From Nibricoccus sp. (GTDB lineage: Bacteria; Verrucomicrobiota; Verrucomicrobiia; Opitutales; Opitutaceae): DNA of 64,000 nucleotides. Under the pieces are notes generated by a model. The model saw only the letters and a program-made list of their open reading frames with translations. It was not told where the DNA came from and searched no databases. The DNA lies in NCBI GenBank assembly GCA_047602425.1, contig JASGHG010000001.1, positions 3,200,001 to 3,264,000 of the forward strand. Reading direction: 5' to 3'. A program made the translations under genes and the position numbers. Below, piece after piece: positions 8,701 to 17,090 of the stretch (position 1 is the first letter of the stretch; each line of letters starts with the position of its first letter).

Positions 8701-11063
8701 GCCAGCTTGATACACAAATCAGCACCAAGGGTTGGTCCGAATGGGATGGGCGGGAAAACACCCAGCGCGCCCGGGAGTACGGCTCTACTTTAATCGGTGG
8801 CGGCCCGGCAACAACTATTGCCCAGCGACAAGCTGCCGGTGCTTACTGGGTCAATACCATCGATCCCGATTACACCAACGCTGCGATGTCTCCCACCGAT
8901 CCATTGCTCGTCGCACCTGGTGGCATCGCCAACCGCACCGCGGTCGACGTAAATCCCGTCGATTACACAATCGACGCAATCTTCGGACACACCTATTTTG
9001 CCCTCGGCACTTGGAGACCGTGGATTGCTCCGCGCATCGCCACGCACCCCGTGGGACAATCGGTTGGCACCAACCAATCACTTTCCTTCGTCGCTATGGC
9101 CACCGGCACTCCGGCACCCACCTACCAATGGTACAAGGACAACGTCGCCATCTCCGGCGCCACGTCTGCCACCTACAGTATTGCGAGTGCCAGCGTTGGC
9201 GACGCCGGGAGTTATACCGTTGTCGCGTCCAATGTCGCTGGCACCGCTACCAGCAACGCCGCAGTTCTAACCGTCAGCGGCGGCATTGCACCAACCATAA
9301 CCACTCAACCCACCTCACAAACCATCAACGTCGGCGGCTCGGCCACTTTCACCGCCGCTGTCGCAGGCGACGCTCCGCTCGCATACTGCTGGCAGAAATC
9401 GATCGACAGTGGCGCAAGCTTCTCTGACCTCCCGGGTGCAACGTCCTTAACCTATACCGTTTCTCAGGCCCAAATATCAGCGGCTGGTCAATATCGTTTC
9501 ATCGCCACAAATCTTGTCGGCACCGCCACGAGTTCCGTCGCGACGCTCACTGTCAATGCATCATACGCTCCGCTTACCCCTGATGGTTTCGCGGCCGCCG
9601 TTACCGGTGGCGGCGCACTCACACCGACGGTCGTTACAACCGCGGCCGCTCTGAAAACCGCCGCCGAGTCGGCCGCGCCTGCGGTTATCACTGTCTCTGG
9701 CACGCTCAACCTCTCCGCTTCCGGCGGCAACATTAAGGTCAAATCCAACAAGACCATTCAGGGCATCGACGGCAACGCCACGATCATCGGCAACATCAAC
9801 ATCGGCAGTGGCGTCGAGAATGTCGTTCTTCGCGGCCTCAACATCACCAATCCGGGCACCACGCTCGATGCCGAGGGAAAATATACCGATGGCGGCGATG
9901 GCATTTCCATCGATGCGGGCAAATACGTTTTTATTACCCATTGCACCTTGTTCGACTGCGCCGACGGTATGATCGATACGCGTCTCGGTGCGGATTTGGT
10001 GACGATCTCGTATTGCGAATTCTACTACACGGCAGCGCAGACGAATCATCGCTTCACCATGATCTCCGACGGTCTGCTCATCCGCGACGCCAGTGATGTC
10101 GTCATTGCCGCCGGTGCTCCTTTGCGGATTACGATGCATCACAACTGGTGGTCCGATCGCTGCGACCAGCGTCAGCCCTCGAGCACCAACGGTCACATCC
10201 ATCTCTTCAACAATTATTGGAATACGCCGGGTAATAGCTATGCGGCCCTCGCGCGCGACATGGCGCAGTTCCTTTCCGAATCCAACACCTATGTTTCGGT
10301 TAATAATCCGCTTTCGAAATCCGATAACAACCCTCTCCTCGACAACGGTCTGATCCGCCAAATCGGCAACAGTTACACGAACTGCACCGGCACCACCGAT
10401 GCTGGCACGGATACGGTTTTCACGCCGGGATATAGCTACGAACTTATTCCTACCGCCAGCGTCGCTTCCACCGCGACAAACTATGCGGGTAACACCTTTG
10501 GAGCGGCTTCGCCTTCGCTCCCCTCCACTGCGAGCGCCACTATCGCCGGTCCAACGGACAGCGTTGCGTCGGGTGCGGCGTTTACGCTGACTGCCGTGCC
10601 GACGGGTTTCATTGCCGCTTCGCACCAGTGGCGTTTGAACAATTTCAATGTCACCGGTGCCAACAGCGGCACGTACACGGTCGCCAGTGCTCAAAGCGCC
10701 AATGCCGGGGTCTATACTGTTGCTATCACCAATTCCGCCGGCAATACGCTCGTCAGTGCGCCGCTCACGATCAACGTTTCTTCGTCGAGTTCGTCTTCCA
10801 GCAGCAGTTCGAGTTCCTCTTCGTCCAGTTCTTCATCTTCCTCCAGCAGTTCGAGCTCATCCAGCAGCTCTTCGTCTTCGAGCTCCAGTTCGTCGTCCAG
10901 CTCCAGCAGTTCGTCGTCTTCCTCAAGCAGCGGAAGCGGAAGTTCTTCTTCCGGCGGCGGTGGCCAGGGCGGCGGCTGCTTTAATCCGTGGATCACGGGC
11001 ATCGTTATTCTGATGATGGTGCGGCGGCTGCTGGATAAAAAAGACAAGATTCACGAAAGCTGA
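5739..11063 (+). CDS. Secreted multidomain pectinase: unknown N-terminal domain, Ig repeats, pectin methylesterase (CE8), pectate lyase (PL1), poly-Ser linker, C-terminal sorting-like signal
   Basis: CE8 motifs GDFATIQGA, GGQDTLY, VDFIYG, RPW (~7960-9020). PL1 motifs GFAAAVTGG, SNKTIQG, DGISI, DGMID, ITMHHNWW, HLFNNY (~9580-10500). Repeated PxITTQP...YQW...DAGxY Ig units. Alternative start 5802. Confidence 0.9.
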   Translation: MATIFVSNPKQPHALTAFSKVMRAFAKARYLAGFVVSGCVLMGVARAQTTVLNDTFGGGSTINSGGPLPANPSVDATAYQQIAAKTFNPNPPTIAAGHFRHGIVGTTSGFNHIQALFARYPVKLVNTGDYLEMTVTFTNETGLFLANTTSTLMFGLFSSGQIQPVPGGLNGTGSNALAGYAQNWTGYVNRIFYTGGSNVFFTRPAKLATDANNQDVLYNYGGGAQIGSAATSTLPASTAGDQFTLVYRITKASAATVTLSSALYSGALASGTALYTQTATSTTSQAFFDTYDAFAIGYRANGSVPTIQDINAIKIITTGQVIVIPVITTQPISQTKSVGESVTLTVNADGGAGTVLSYQWKKEGVAIPGATTNTYAIGSVALTDAGNYSVVVTDTAGSTTSANALLTVTNGAVAPAILTEPTGATILVGDSKTFFAQANGTAPLTYQWQKSPDGIAPYTAIAGATTDTYAITNAALTDAGCYRLVVTNSLGSATSAVATLVVNQAPAITTQPIGTTLASGSAYTLTVAATGTPAPVYQWQLNGVAISGATSASLPLTLSSANSGYYSVVVTNAVSSVTSSSVYVGVPSTQTVTFAPGNNATGLAVDQQFRLVFPSAPKLGRSGKFRIHDAANDAVVTMIDISEFVSFTLFSATVVNSKIQTVQGKQMYYLPAAIYGNEVWITLPAAQRLAYGKTYYVTMEAGFLLDSTNASVPAITSPTAWRFSTKASGPVAPTPSTGPTEITVGTDGTGDFATIQGAADWIPQNNTLPRTIRVLPGVYRDTGYFAQNRNFVTLLGGGITRNDVKLIYHYGNEVYGSGARGLGSLRIDSHDVTVRNLTVDDEVYLAVPNLAGTGNPAAPAFAGPIQTVASTGNRLIFDNVLIKGGQDTLYTISGITYFYNCEIWGSVDFIYGDALAVFDRCNIVEIRNTGGPICAPSTPYAQPYGEVFLNCRFPRALIANGYPYDVGANTTTFCRPWRQDGHVAIINCQLDTQISTKGWSEWDGRENTQRAREYGSTLIGGGPATTIAQRQAAGAYWVNTIDPDYTNAAMSPTDPLLVAPGGIANRTAVDVNPVDYTIDAIFGHTYFALGTWRPWIAPRIATHPVGQSVGTNQSLSFVAMATGTPAPTYQWYKDNVAISGATSATYSIASASVGDAGSYTVVASNVAGTATSNAAVLTVSGGIAPTITTQPTSQTINVGGSATFTAAVAGDAPLAYCWQKSIDSGASFSDLPGATSLTYTVSQAQISAAGQYRFIATNLVGTATSSVATLTVNASYAPLTPDGFAAAVTGGGALTPTVVTTAAALKTAAESAAPAVITVSGTLNLSASGGNIKVKSNKTIQGIDGNATIIGNINIGSGVENVVLRGLNITNPGTTLDAEGKYTDGGDGISIDAGKYVFITHCTLFDCADGMIDTRLGADLVTISYCEFYYTAAQTNHRFTMISDGLLIRDASDVVIAAGAPLRITMHHNWWSDRCDQRQPSSTNGHIHLFNNYWNTPGNSYAALARDMAQFLSESNTYVSVNNPLSKSDNNPLLDNGLIRQIGNSYTNCTGTTDAGTDTVFTPGYSYELIPTASVASTATNYAGNTFGAASPSLPSTASATIAGPTDSVASGAAFTLTAVPTGFIAASHQWRLNNFNVTGANSGTYTVASAQSANAGVYTVAITNSAGNTLVSAPLTINVSSSSSSSSSSSSSSSSSSSSSSSSSSSSSSSSSSSSSSSSSSSSSSSSSSSGSGSSSSGGGGQGGGCFNPWITGIVILMMVRRLLDKKDKIHES
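10779..10931 (+). repeat. Polyserine linker (51 consecutive Ser codons)
   Basis: 153 nt of Ser codons using all six synonyms (TCT, TCC, TCA, TCG, AGT, AGC). Confidence 0.92.
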
Positions 11064-11363
11064 AAACCGTTTGGAAGAGCTAAAAATTTGTTTACCCCAA
11101 CCCATACCCCCATGAATACCCCACGCTTTAGGTTCACTTGAACCAATATCGGTAACTACAGCACTCAATTCCGCTTTCCGCTCCGGACCAGGATTTGTCC
11201 GACAACTTTGCACCACCAAAGTTGCTGCGTGTGCTTCGTCGGGCACTTCTGTGCTGTTTACAATTTTCTCGATTACCCATCGAGAATCGACCCATGCGCG
11301 GGAGCTCAGGTTTCCTTGCATGTTGTCAGCCACGATAGACCACAAAAATCAAACCCCACGCTT

Positions 11364-12287
11364 ATGTCTCGTTATACCATACTACCCCGCGCGCTGGCCT
11401 TGCTGGCGCTTTGTCTCGCTCCGCTCGTTTCGTATTCAGCTGATGGTTACGGCCGCAATGCCACCGGAGGCGCCGGCGGCACGACCGTAACTGTGACCAC
11501 GGCCGACGCTTTCAAGGCGGCGGTCGCCTCCACCGCCACGTCCACCATTATCGTTTCAGGTACGATCGATCTGGGGGCAAGCGGAAAGGCGAACATGTCC
11601 ACCGGTAACAAAACGATCAAGGGCGCCAACACGAGCGCCACGGTCAAAGGCACCATCCAGTTGAGCAGCGTCAACAATGTCATTATTCAAAACCTCAACA
11701 TCTCCGCGAACACGGGAGCCGCTGGCACCAACGACGGCATCACCGTCTATGGTTCCACCAACGTCTTCATCACCAAGTGCACGATTTACGACTGCACCGA
11801 TGGCAATTTAGATATCGTTCATGGTTCGGACTACGTGACGGTCTCGTGGTGCAAGTTCTATTATACGCGCAACAACGGCCACAACTTTTCCAACCTTATC
11901 GGCTCCTCCGATACCGACACGGGTGGTTACCACATCACATACCATCACAATTGGTGGAGCACCGGTTGCATGCAACGTATGCCTGCCGATCGGTTCGGGC
12001 CCTGCCATATCTACAACAATTACTTCGATTGTGCCGGCAACGACTATTGCACCACCGCGCGCAATGTCACGCAGCAGCTTAACGAGAACAATTACTACAA
12101 CGGGGTGAAGAACCCGCTCGCCAAGGTCGACAGCGGCAAACTCAAGACGTCCGGTAATGTCTTCAACAATTGCACCGGCACGCAGACTTCGAGTTCCGAC
12201 AGTGTCTTCACGCCAAATTATGGCTACACCCTCGACACCGCTGCCAACGCGATGACCCGAGTCAAGGCCGGCGCCGGCAACCGATAA
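11364..12287 (+). CDS. Pectate lyase, family PL1
   Basis: Signal peptide from ATG 11364, then GYGRNATGG, NVIIQNL, DGNLD, ITYHHNWW, RMPADRFG, HIYNNY. Confidence 0.92.
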   Translation: MSRYTILPRALALLALCLAPLVSYSADGYGRNATGGAGGTTVTVTTADAFKAAVASTATSTIIVSGTIDLGASGKANMSTGNKTIKGANTSATVKGTIQLSSVNNVIIQNLNISANTGAAGTNDGITVYGSTNVFITKCTIYDCTDGNLDIVHGSDYVTVSWCKFYYTRNNGHNFSNLIGSSDTDTGGYHITYHHNWWSTGCMQRMPADRFGPCHIYNNYFDCAGNDYCTTARNVTQQLNENNYYNGVKNPLAKVDSGKLKTSGNVFNNCTGTQTSSSDSVFTPNYGYTLDTAANAMTRVKAGAGNR

Positions 12288-12307
12288 AAATTAATCGTCT
12301 AGATCGG

Positions 12308-12346
12308 AGGGAAGGGTGCTTTCGCAAAAAGGCATCCTTCCCTTTG
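12308..12346 (+). terminator. Hairpin terminator or attenuator after PL1 gene
   Basis: AGGGAAGGGTGC...GCATCCTTCCCT followed by a short T run. Confidence 0.6.
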
Positions 12347-12465
12347 TGTCCGATGCCATTTTCCCTAAAAACCGAACTAAGCGGGAAAACTAAAAGTTAC
12401 CGGATCTCGTCGCCGTCCTTACCGGCATTTCCGCTCAAAAAATCAAAATCCAACTCCTTACACTG

Positions 12466-13212
12466 ATGAACTTCTTCAAAAAACTATTCGTTGTCATTTC
12501 TCTCGCGGCCGCCGCCTCCTCTCATGCCGCCACGATCTACCTGATCGGCGATTCGACGGTCTGCAATTATAGTTCGACCTATTATCCCCGCACGGGCTGG
12601 GGCCAGGTTTTCGGCAGTTCCTTCAAGACCACGATCACCATCAGCAATAAAGCGCTTTCTGGTCGGAGCTCGAAGAGCTTTTACGATGAAGGCGCCTGGA
12701 CGCCGGTTAAAAACGCCCTGAAGTCCGGCGACTACGTTTTCATCCAATTCGGCCATAACGACGAAAAATCGGATGATCCCACGCGTTATACCGATCCATA
12801 CACCACCTACCAACAGTATCTCACGATCTACATCAACGACGCTCGTGCAAAAGGAGCGATTCCAATTCTGGTCACCCCCGTCGAGCGCAACAGTTGGAGC
12901 AATGGCGTGGTCAAAGCCACTCATGGAAATTATCCCGCCGCCATGCGGGCGCTGGCTTCTGCAAAAGGAACTCCCCTGATCGATCTCACCGCGGGCAGTA
13001 CCAGCAAATACAATTCACAGGGACAAACCTATACCACGTGGAGTATCTTTATGAACCTCAAAGCCGGACAATACTCCAATTACCCGAATGGCAATACGGA
13101 TAACACGCACTTCCAGCTGAACGGCGCCAACATCATTGCAAGTCTTGTCGTTGGCGCAGTCCGAAGCAGCAGTAATGCACAACTGAAAGTGCTGGCCACA
13201 TACCTCAAATAG
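12466..13212 (+). CDS. Rhamnogalacturonan/pectin acetylesterase (CE12, SGNH fold)
   Basis: GDSTV, GWGQ, GRSSKSF, IQFGHND, DNTHF (catalytic DxxH); signal peptide. Confidence 0.92.
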   Translation: MNFFKKLFVVISLAAAASSHAATIYLIGDSTVCNYSSTYYPRTGWGQVFGSSFKTTITISNKALSGRSSKSFYDEGAWTPVKNALKSGDYVFIQFGHNDEKSDDPTRYTDPYTTYQQYLTIYINDARAKGAIPILVTPVERNSWSNGVVKATHGNYPAAMRALASAKGTPLIDLTAGSTSKYNSQGQTYTTWSIFMNLKAGQYSNYPNGNTDNTHFQLNGANIIASLVVGAVRSSSNAQLKVLATYLK

Positions 13213-13307
13213 TTCGCGCATCTCGCCCTCGCTTCTCTCCAGCTATCTCTCTCCGTGAACGGCATTCTGCCTGACACGGTCAACCACAACCCTGCAAAAA
13301 TACCCCT

Positions 13308-14201
13308 ATGAAAAGGCTATCATTAATCCTCGCGGTGGCTGCTTTCGCGCCTGCCGCTTTCGCTGCCACACGCAGTGTTCCATCGCAGTACTCCACCGTT
13401 CAGGCCGCCGTGAATGCTGCTGCCTCCGGCGACACGATTAGCATCGCCAACGGCACCTATACCGAACAAGTCACCATTCCCAGCGGCAAGAACGGCCTGA
13501 AGATCGTCGGCGCCAGTCAGACCGGCGTCATCATCACGGCCGGACTCAATCAGAAGGCGATGGTCGTCAATGCCAACGATACCACGTTTTCCTATCTAAC
13601 TATTCGCAACACCGCAGGTCTGACCGCCGGCAATACCAGCCCCGCTGTTTATGTCTATGGCAGCCGAACCGAGTTCTATCGCTGTTACATCAATGGCTCG
13701 CAAGACACGATCTATCTCAGCGGAGGTCCCAACTATTTCGCCCTGAGCGAAATCCGAGGCAGCGTGGATTTCATTTACGGAGGCGCCGCATGCTTCTTCA
13801 CCTCGTGCAACATCCGGCAAATGCGCCCAACCGGCGGTTACGCGACTGCTCCGAACACTGCACAGACGCAGACTTACGGTCTCGTTTTCAGCAGCTGCAC
13901 ATTCAATAGCGCGAGCGGGGTCGCCGCCGGCAGTTCTACCTTCATGCGCCCTTGGGGTCCTTACGGCCAGACTGCTGTCATCAACTGCACGGTGGATGCC
14001 AGCATCTCCGCTGCGGGCTGGAGCGCCTGGGGCGGCCGCGAAGCCACTTGCCGTGCATATGAATATGGCACCAAAACCACTTCAGGCGCTACAGTCAACT
14101 TGTCCACTCGTGCATCCTGGTGCGTCCGCCTTTCTGCCTCTCAAGCCGCCACCTACACCAGAAGCAACGTTTTGGGTGGTTGGACTCCGCCGATCCTATA
14201 A
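13308..14201 (+). CDS. Pectin methylesterase (CE8), paralog 1
   Basis: VQAAVNA, GTYTE, QDTI, VDFIYG, RPW; signal peptide. Confidence 0.92.
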   Translation: MKRLSLILAVAAFAPAAFAATRSVPSQYSTVQAAVNAAASGDTISIANGTYTEQVTIPSGKNGLKIVGASQTGVIITAGLNQKAMVVNANDTTFSYLTIRNTAGLTAGNTSPAVYVYGSRTEFYRCYINGSQDTIYLSGGPNYFALSEIRGSVDFIYGGAACFFTSCNIRQMRPTGGYATAPNTAQTQTYGLVFSSCTFNSASGVAAGSSTFMRPWGPYGQTAVINCTVDASISAAGWSAWGGREATCRAYEYGTKTTSGATVNLSTRASWCVRLSASQAATYTRSNVLGGWTPPIL

Positions 14202-14230
14202 GGGAATCCATCAAATACCTCTAAAATAAG

Positions 14231-14271
14231 GCGGCGCTCGGAACAAATTCCCAGCGCCGCCCGGAATTTTT
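14231..14271 (+). terminator. Hairpin between the CE8 paralogs
   Basis: GCGGCGCT...AGCGCCGC stem with a T run about 7 nt downstream. Confidence 0.45.
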
Positions 14272-14326
14272 AACCGGTGCAGAATGCGCCGGCCTTGAAA
14301 ATAGAACCACAAACTCCACGCATCAT

Positions 14327-15220
14327 ATGAAACGTTTTATTACACTCCTCGCAGTGGCTGCCCTCGCGCCCGCCGCTTTTGCCGCCACACGCAGCGTGCC
14401 TTCGCAATATTCCTCCGTTCAAGCCGCCGTGAACGCCGCGGCCTCGGGCGATACCATCAGCATCGCCAATGGCACGTACACTGAAGCCGTAACAATCCCC
14501 AGCACCAAAACCGGTCTCAAGCTGGTCGGCGCCAGCCAAAGCGGCGTCATTCTTCGCGTGACCACCGCCTCGCAAATCGCACTCACCGTCAACGGCGCCG
14601 ACACCACGATCAGTTACATGACGATCTCGAATACCGCTGGTGAAACTGCTGGCCAAGCTTTGGCCTGCCGCGTCAACAGCAAGCGCGTCGAGTTCTACCG
14701 CTGTTACCTCCTCGGCTGGCAGGATACCATTGGCATTTGGGATGGCGCCGTCGTTTATATGAAGCTCTCCGAAATCCGCGGGAGCGTAGATTTTATCTAC
14801 AGCGGCGGCACCGCTTTTTTCGAAAGCTGCAATATCCGCCAGATCCGCACGTCCGGTGGCCCGTGCACCGCTCCCAGTACGCCCCAGACGGTGACCTACG
14901 GATTGGTTTTCAGTGCGTGCACTTTCAACCGTTCCAGCAACGTGGGCAACAACACCACTACCTTCATGCGTCCCTGGCGCGAATACGGTGAGACGGTGAT
15001 TATCAATTGCTCGATCGACAGCCATTTCACCGCCGCCGGTTGGAGCGCTTGGGACGGACGCGAAGCCACGTGTCGCGCTTACGAGTACGGCACCAAGACG
15101 CTCGCTGGCGCCACGGTCAATTTGTCAACTCGCGCTTCGTGGGTGAAACGCCTCACGTCCGTCGAGGCTGCAACTTATACGAGGAGCAACGTCCTCGGTG
15201 GTTGGACTCCTCCGCTGTAA
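14327..15220 (+). CDS. Pectin methylesterase (CE8), paralog 2
   Basis: GTYTE, GQALA, WQDTI, VDFIYS, RPW; same length (297 aa) and near-identical ends to paralog 1. Confidence 0.92.
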   Translation: MKRFITLLAVAALAPAAFAATRSVPSQYSSVQAAVNAAASGDTISIANGTYTEAVTIPSTKTGLKLVGASQSGVILRVTTASQIALTVNGADTTISYMTISNTAGETAGQALACRVNSKRVEFYRCYLLGWQDTIGIWDGAVVYMKLSEIRGSVDFIYSGGTAFFESCNIRQIRTSGGPCTAPSTPQTVTYGLVFSACTFNRSSNVGNNTTTFMRPWREYGETVIINCSIDSHFTAAGWSAWDGREATCRAYEYGTKTLAGATVNLSTRASWVKRLTSVEAATYTRSNVLGGWTPPL

Positions 15221-15249
15221 ATTTTGGGTGTCAGTGTATTGGGTATCGC

Positions 15250-15281
15250 AACTGGCCTCCTTCGGGAGGTCAGTTTTTTTT
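15250..15281 (+). terminator. Intrinsic terminator with UUCG tetraloop
   Basis: AACTGGCCTCC-TTCG-GGAGGTCAGTT followed by T run. Confidence 0.88.
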
Positions 15282-15336
15282 ATCTCGCTGTCATGGCCTA
15301 TAATTCGACGGCACGGCCGGACGGTTTTCTGTTACT

Positions 15337-15352
15337 CGCGCAACAATGCGCA
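15337..15352. promoter_or_regulatory. Putative LacI-type operator, copy 3 (upstream of CE12-CE8 gene)
   Basis: CGCGCAACAATGCGCA, 15/16 identical to copy 1. Confidence 0.65.
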
Positions 15353-15409
15353 CGTCTTTGTCATGGCGTCGCCTTGCGACCGTATTCTCATAGTCACTAC
15401 GAAAATTCC

Positions 15410-17065
15410 ATGCGCTCAATCATCAGCTGTCTCGTTGTAACCCTTTTTCTGTCTTCCGGCGCACTCTTCGCCGCTACGCAACCAGACAACACGCCACCAA
15501 AGATCCGCGTCGTGCTGGTCGGCGACTCTACTGTAACGGATAACGCGGGTTGGGGCCTCGGCTTTCAACAATTTCTCTCCGACCGGATCGAGTGCACCAA
15601 CTTGTCCAGAGGAGGGCGCAGCTCGATGAGTTTCATCAAGGAAGGGCGGTGGGTGGAGGCGTTAAAGCTCAAAGCCGACTACTATTTGATTCAATTCGGG
15701 CACAACGATGAACCCGGCAAACCCGGACGTTCGACGGAGCTCGACGAATACCGTCGCTATATGAATCAGTACGTCGACGAGGCCCGCGGCATCGGAGCGC
15801 AGCCTGTACTTGTCACTTGTCTCGTACGCCGGCAGTTCGACAAAGACAACGATCACAAAATTACTTCCAGTCTGACACCCCGCGTGGAAATCATCCGCCA
15901 GATCGCGGCGGAGAAAAAGGTGCCGCTTGTCGAACTACACGACCGCAGCAAAGCGCTTTGCGAGCAGCTGGGTCGTGAAGACTGTTATGCCTTCAGTCCG
16001 AAAAAAGACGGCGGCGTCTACGATGGCACACATCTTGATGCCAAAGGCGGCATTTTATTTGCGCGGCTCGTCGTCGATGAACTTCGAAAAGCCGTGCCAA
16101 TTCTTTCGCCAAACCTATTAGCTGAACCAAAAACAACCACGATTGCCGCCAAGGAAACCGCCTACGACGCCGTGGTCTCATTCGACGGTTCCGGAACGCA
16201 TACGACCGTGCAAGCCGCGATCAATGCCGCACCGGCGGAGCGCACTGCGCCCTTTGTGATCCTGATCAAACCCGGCGTTTACAAGGAACATGTTTTTATC
16301 CCGAAGGATAAAACTTATATTGCGCTTCGTGGGGAATCGAACGAATTGAAGGCCACAGTCATCACGCTCGATACCAATGTTGGCTCTGTCGATGCGGTCG
16401 GCAAAAAACTGACTACTCGCGAAAGCGCAACGGTCCTGATCCAAGGCGCAAACTTTTCCGCCGAAAACATCACGTTCGAAAACACGACGACCCGCGAACA
16501 GCATATTCAAGCGCTCGCGATGTACGTGGAAGCCGACCGGGTGAGCTTCAAGAATTGCCGTTTCCTCGGGTGGCAGGATACACTGCGCGTCGACAACGGA
16601 CGCCAATATTTCAAAAACTGTTATATCGAAGGTCACGTCGATTTTATTTACGCGAGCGGCACGGCGGTTTTCGACCATTGCGAAATTCACTGTAAGGCCG
16701 ACGGCTATATTACGGCTGCTTCAACTCCCGCTGGAAACAAGTTCGGCTTCGTCTTTCTCGACTGTCGTGTGACCGCGGCGCCCGAAGTGATCAACGGAGT
16801 GTATCTGGCGCGTCCCTGGCGCGAATACAGCGCGACGGCATTTCTCCGCACCGAACTGCCGGCAAAGATCCATCCCGAAGGCTGGCACAATTGGGGAAAG
16901 CCCGAACGCGAAAAGACCGTGCGCTACGCGGAGTATAAAAACACGGGTCCCGGCGCCGCCCCCGAAAAGCGTGTCGCATGGATTCGTCAGCTCACCGACG
17001 ACGAAGCCAAAGACTACACGGTGGAAAACATCCTGCGAGGGACCGATGGCTGGGCTCCGCGCTAG
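15410..17065 (+). CDS. Bifunctional pectin acetylesterase (CE12) / methylesterase (CE8)
   Basis: Signal peptide from ATG 15410. GDSTV, QFGHND, DGTHL, then GVYKE, QALA, WQDTL, VDFIY, LARPW. Confidence 0.92.
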   Translation: MRSIISCLVVTLFLSSGALFAATQPDNTPPKIRVVLVGDSTVTDNAGWGLGFQQFLSDRIECTNLSRGGRSSMSFIKEGRWVEALKLKADYYLIQFGHNDEPGKPGRSTELDEYRRYMNQYVDEARGIGAQPVLVTCLVRRQFDKDNDHKITSSLTPRVEIIRQIAAEKKVPLVELHDRSKALCEQLGREDCYAFSPKKDGGVYDGTHLDAKGGILFARLVVDELRKAVPILSPNLLAEPKTTTIAAKETAYDAVVSFDGSGTHTTVQAAINAAPAERTAPFVILIKPGVYKEHVFIPKDKTYIALRGESNELKATVITLDTNVGSVDAVGKKLTTRESATVLIQGANFSAENITFENTTTREQHIQALAMYVEADRVSFKNCRFLGWQDTLRVDNGRQYFKNCYIEGHVDFIYASGTAVFDHCEIHCKADGYITAASTPAGNKFGFVFLDCRVTAAPEVINGVYLARPWREYSATAFLRTELPAKIHPEGWHNWGKPEREKTVRYAEYKNTGPGAAPEKRVAWIRQLTDDEAKDYTVENILRGTDGWAPR

Positions 17066-17090
17066 ATGGACTGCGTCGGCGAGCCAGAAA

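Noticed and set aside
10712..11047. Glu/Leu/Asp-rich minus-strand ORF
   Set aside because: Reverse-complement artefact of the poly-Ser tract.
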